Positions 61,872-64,000 of a DNA stretch of 64,000 nucleotides are shown here, one piece after another (position 1 is the first letter of the stretch; every line of letters starts with the position of its first letter). This DNA is from an uncultured Chloroflexia bacterium (GTDB lineage Bacteria; Chloroflexota; UBA6077; JACCZL01), in contig CAVXYC010000020.1 of assembly GCA_963765765.1 (NCBI GenBank), forward strand, positions 160,001-224,000, read 5' to 3'. The translations under genes were made by a program, and so were the position numbers. The notes under the pieces were generated by a model that worked only from the letters and a program-made list of their open reading frames with translations, was not told where the DNA came from and made no database searches.

Positions 61872-62237
61872 CCGAGCCCCGACCGGAATGCGATTCCTCT
61901 AACGGTGTCCTCCATAAAGGCGTTCGCGAGAAAGAACCCTCACTTACCCGTCGCGGGTCGGGGGGCTCGGAGTTGAGAAGGCCAAAGGCCCCGCACCGCC
62001 ACCGCTAAGTCAATGTGACGCCGGCCCTCTGGCGCGGCCCAAATGTCACATTCACGTAACGGTCAACAGAGCGCTGTTTTTGCCACTTCTCCCCACTCCT
62101 CTCAATTTCTAATCTGCGCAACAAGACATAAGCGCTGCCCCGCCAAACAGACCGGAGAAATGATGCTCAAAGTGGGCGCGATCGACCCTCAATAGCTATT
62201 GGAAGCGGTGAGGGTCGGCCGTAAAATGCCACTGTCC

Positions 62238-62292
62238 GTGGAGCGAAGTGGATAACTCTGGGGATAAGTGGGCAGTTTGTGGATAAGTAGGG
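62238..62292 (+). promoter_or_regulatory. MraZ-binding direct repeats upstream of the dcw cluster
   Basis: GTGG-like boxes at 62238, 62248, 62258, 62268 and 62279 (~10-bp period), directly upstream of mraZ. Confidence 0.8.
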
Positions 62293-62307
62293 CGCGTTGG
62301 CGGCACA

Positions 62308-62742
62308 GTGTTTATCGGCACGTTTGAGCATTCCATCGATGACAAGGGGCGACTCGCCGTTCCCGCTCGCTTTCGTAGCGAGCTTGCGGATGGCATGTTC
62401 GTCACCCGCGGTATCGACCGATGCCTGATGCTGCTCACGTCGGAACACTGGCAGCGCCTTGTGGATGGCATGTCATCGCTTCCGATGCTCCAGAACGACG
62501 CGCGTCGGCTCCAGCGACACTTCTTCTCGGGTGCGGCTCCACTCCAGCCGGATCGCCTGGGCCGCGTCGTCATTCCGCAATTCCTGCGCGAGTACGCACA
62601 GCTTTCAGGCGACGTTGTCGTCGTAGGCGTCATGAATCGCATCGAGATCTGGGACCGGCACTCCTGGTCAGCCGAGCGGGACGAGGTCGAATCTTTATCT
62701 CAGGAGCTCGCCGAGCACCTCTCGAGCAACAACCTCTTATGA
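62308..62742 (+). CDS. mraZ: Transcriptional repressor MraZ
   Basis: FIGTFEHSIDDKGRL.VPARFR and DRLGRVVIP. Confidence 0.97.
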   Translation: MFIGTFEHSIDDKGRLAVPARFRSELADGMFVTRGIDRCLMLLTSEHWQRLVDGMSSLPMLQNDARRLQRHFFSGAAPLQPDRLGRVVIPQFLREYAQLSGDVVVVGVMNRIEIWDRHSWSAERDEVESLSQELAEHLSSNNLL

Positions 62743-63641
62743 CCGACACACCGATTCACGTATCGGTCATGTTGGGTGAGGTCATCCACTATCTGGCCCT
62801 GAAGCCCGGTGGTCAGTACATCGACTGTACGCTCGGTTTGGGGGGTCACGCGCAGGCAATCCTTGAGGCAAGCGGTTCAGACGGCCGACTGCTTGGCCTG
62901 GACGCCGATCCGGCCGCACTGGAGCTTGCTGGAGAACGTCTCCGAGAGTTTGGGACGCGTGCGGTGCTGGTTCACTCCAATTTCGAGGATCTTGATGAGC
63001 GTGCACGCACGTCAGGCTTCGCCGACGTCGATGGAGTGCTTTTCGATCTTGGGGTCTCGTCCCTTCAATTCGGGCCAAACGGTCGTGGGTTCACCTTCCG
63101 AGACTCTGAGCCATTGGATATGCGGATGGATCCGTCACAGGAGACAACAGCGGCCGATCTTGTGTCCGCATTGTCCGAACGGGAGCTTGCAGACCTTATC
63201 TACCAGTATGGCGAGGAGCGGGCTTCCCGTCGAATTGCACGCTCAATTGTCTACCGCCGCGAGCGGCGCCCGATCACAACCACGAACGACCTAGTCAGTG
63301 CCATCGTTTCAGCCGTCGGGGGACAGCGCGGTCGCATCCATCCCGCCACCAGGACGTTCCAGGCGCTTCGAATTGCGGTGAATCGTGAGCTTGACGTACT
63401 ACCAGCGGCATTAAGCCAGGCGCTGCAGCTCCTACGCCCGGGCGGGCGGCTCGTGGTCATTGCATTCCATTCGCTTGAAGACCGAATCGTCAAGCGCTTC
63501 TTCATCGAACACTCCAACAAGAATGCGCCCGAGCCGATCAACGTTCTGACTCGACGCCCGATCACTCCGTCAGAGTCGGAGATCCGATCCAATCCGCGAG
63601 CGCGTAGCGCAAAGCTTCGCGCCGGCCAGCGGGCCGCGTAG
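62739..63641 (+). CDS. rsmH: 16S rRNA m4C1402 methyltransferase
   Basis: HVSVM, DCTLGLGGH, DLGVSS, HPATRTFQALRIAVNRE and FHSLEDR. Confidence 0.97.
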   Translation: MTDTPIHVSVMLGEVIHYLALKPGGQYIDCTLGLGGHAQAILEASGSDGRLLGLDADPAALELAGERLREFGTRAVLVHSNFEDLDERARTSGFADVDGVLFDLGVSSLQFGPNGRGFTFRDSEPLDMRMDPSQETTAADLVSALSERELADLIYQYGEERASRRIARSIVYRRERRPITTTNDLVSAIVSAVGGQRGRIHPATRTFQALRIAVNRELDVLPAALSQALQLLRPGGRLVVIAFHSLEDRIVKRFFIEHSNKNAPEPINVLTRRPITPSESEIRSNPRARSAKLRAGQRAA

Positions 63642-63671
63642 CCCACCCATTCCAAATCAGGAGTATTTGCC

Positions 63672-64000
63672 GTGGCCGTGATCATCGCTTCAGCCCCTAC
63701 AGCCCGCCGATGGGCCCCGATCGCGCTTCCTGTACTCCGACTGCCCACGAGAGTACTCCAGATTACCCCGCTACTTCTGGCACTGCTGATTTCACCAGCC
63801 CTGTATCTCAGCGTTACCAGTGAAGCCGTGACGACAGGCTCAACCGTTGAGCGACTGCGCAGTGAGCGAGAATTGTGGCGTCAGCAGAATCGGCAGCTTG
63901 AGAACGAGCTGGCTAAGCTCCAATCACTGGCCTGGGTCGAAAATGAAGCGGTCCATCGTCTCGGCATGCGCGGCGCAGCGCCAGCGATCCATATGACGAT
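63672..64000 (+). CDS. ftsL: Cell division protein FtsL-like (runs off the window)
   Basis: AGGAG RBS, single TM, then a coiled coil ending LQSLAWVENEAVHRLGM. Follows rsmH. Confidence 0.75.
   Translation, partial: MAVIIASAPTARRWAPIALPVLRLPTRVLQITPLLLALLISPALYLSVTSEAVTTGSTVERLRSERELWRQQNRQLENELAKLQSLAWVENEAVHRLGMRGAAPAIHMT

Noticed and set aside
61834-61876. CRISPR array
   Set aside because: Only two abutting 19-bp copies, with no spacers and no cas genes.
61684-62307. rnpB (often near Nif3/zinc-ribbon genes in Actinobacteria)
   Set aside because: The GAGGAAAGTCC hallmark is not present on either strand.
62421-62738. Long N-terminal extension of RsmH, and the many antisense or overlapping ORFs in the track
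   Set aside because: These overlap well-supported genes and are expected shadow ORFs in GC-rich DNA. The true rsmH start is the ATGA overlap at 62739.

Overview
GC-rich bacterial chromosomal window, most likely from a Chloroflexota genome (inferred from the Rieske/LLM/cupin/ABC paralogue content and gene style). Single-base indels interrupt many genes, including relA and prfB, which points to an unpolished long-read assembly rather than mass pseudogenisation. Layout: (1) 1-5.3 kb is a decayed accessory island. Three separate, co-oriented C-terminal remnants of a tyrosine integrase alternate with cargo genes: a small membrane protein, an AT-rich cyclooxygenase-like heme peroxidase, a DUF6236-like protein and an orphan. 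(2) 5.5-18.7 kb holds catabolic genes: hydrolases, a peptide-type ABC transporter, two Rieske oxygenases and an LLM oxidoreductase. (3) 18.8-43.7 kb holds core and envelope genes: relA, tRNA-Arg(CCG), a pgsA/pimA/patA-like lipid cluster, prfB with its programmed frameshift, hisHAF-IE, rplU-rpmA-rpmE, scpB, GT-C/YfhO glycosylation genes interrupted by a REP-flanked RAYT, ftsK and UDG. (4) 43.8-56 kb holds a CoA transferase, a molybdopterin enzyme, MFS, VIT1, tcuAB, tandem cupins and an LLM. (5) 56-64 kb holds an M1 peptidase, an mshA-like GT, Nif3, a zinc-ribbon protein, a structured intergenic region and the start of the dcw cluster (mraZ-rsmH-ftsL). Many intergenic spacers contain long REP-like inverted repeats from several unrelated families. 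No CRISPR array or rRNA was seen. All calls come from reading motifs by eye; no database searches were run.
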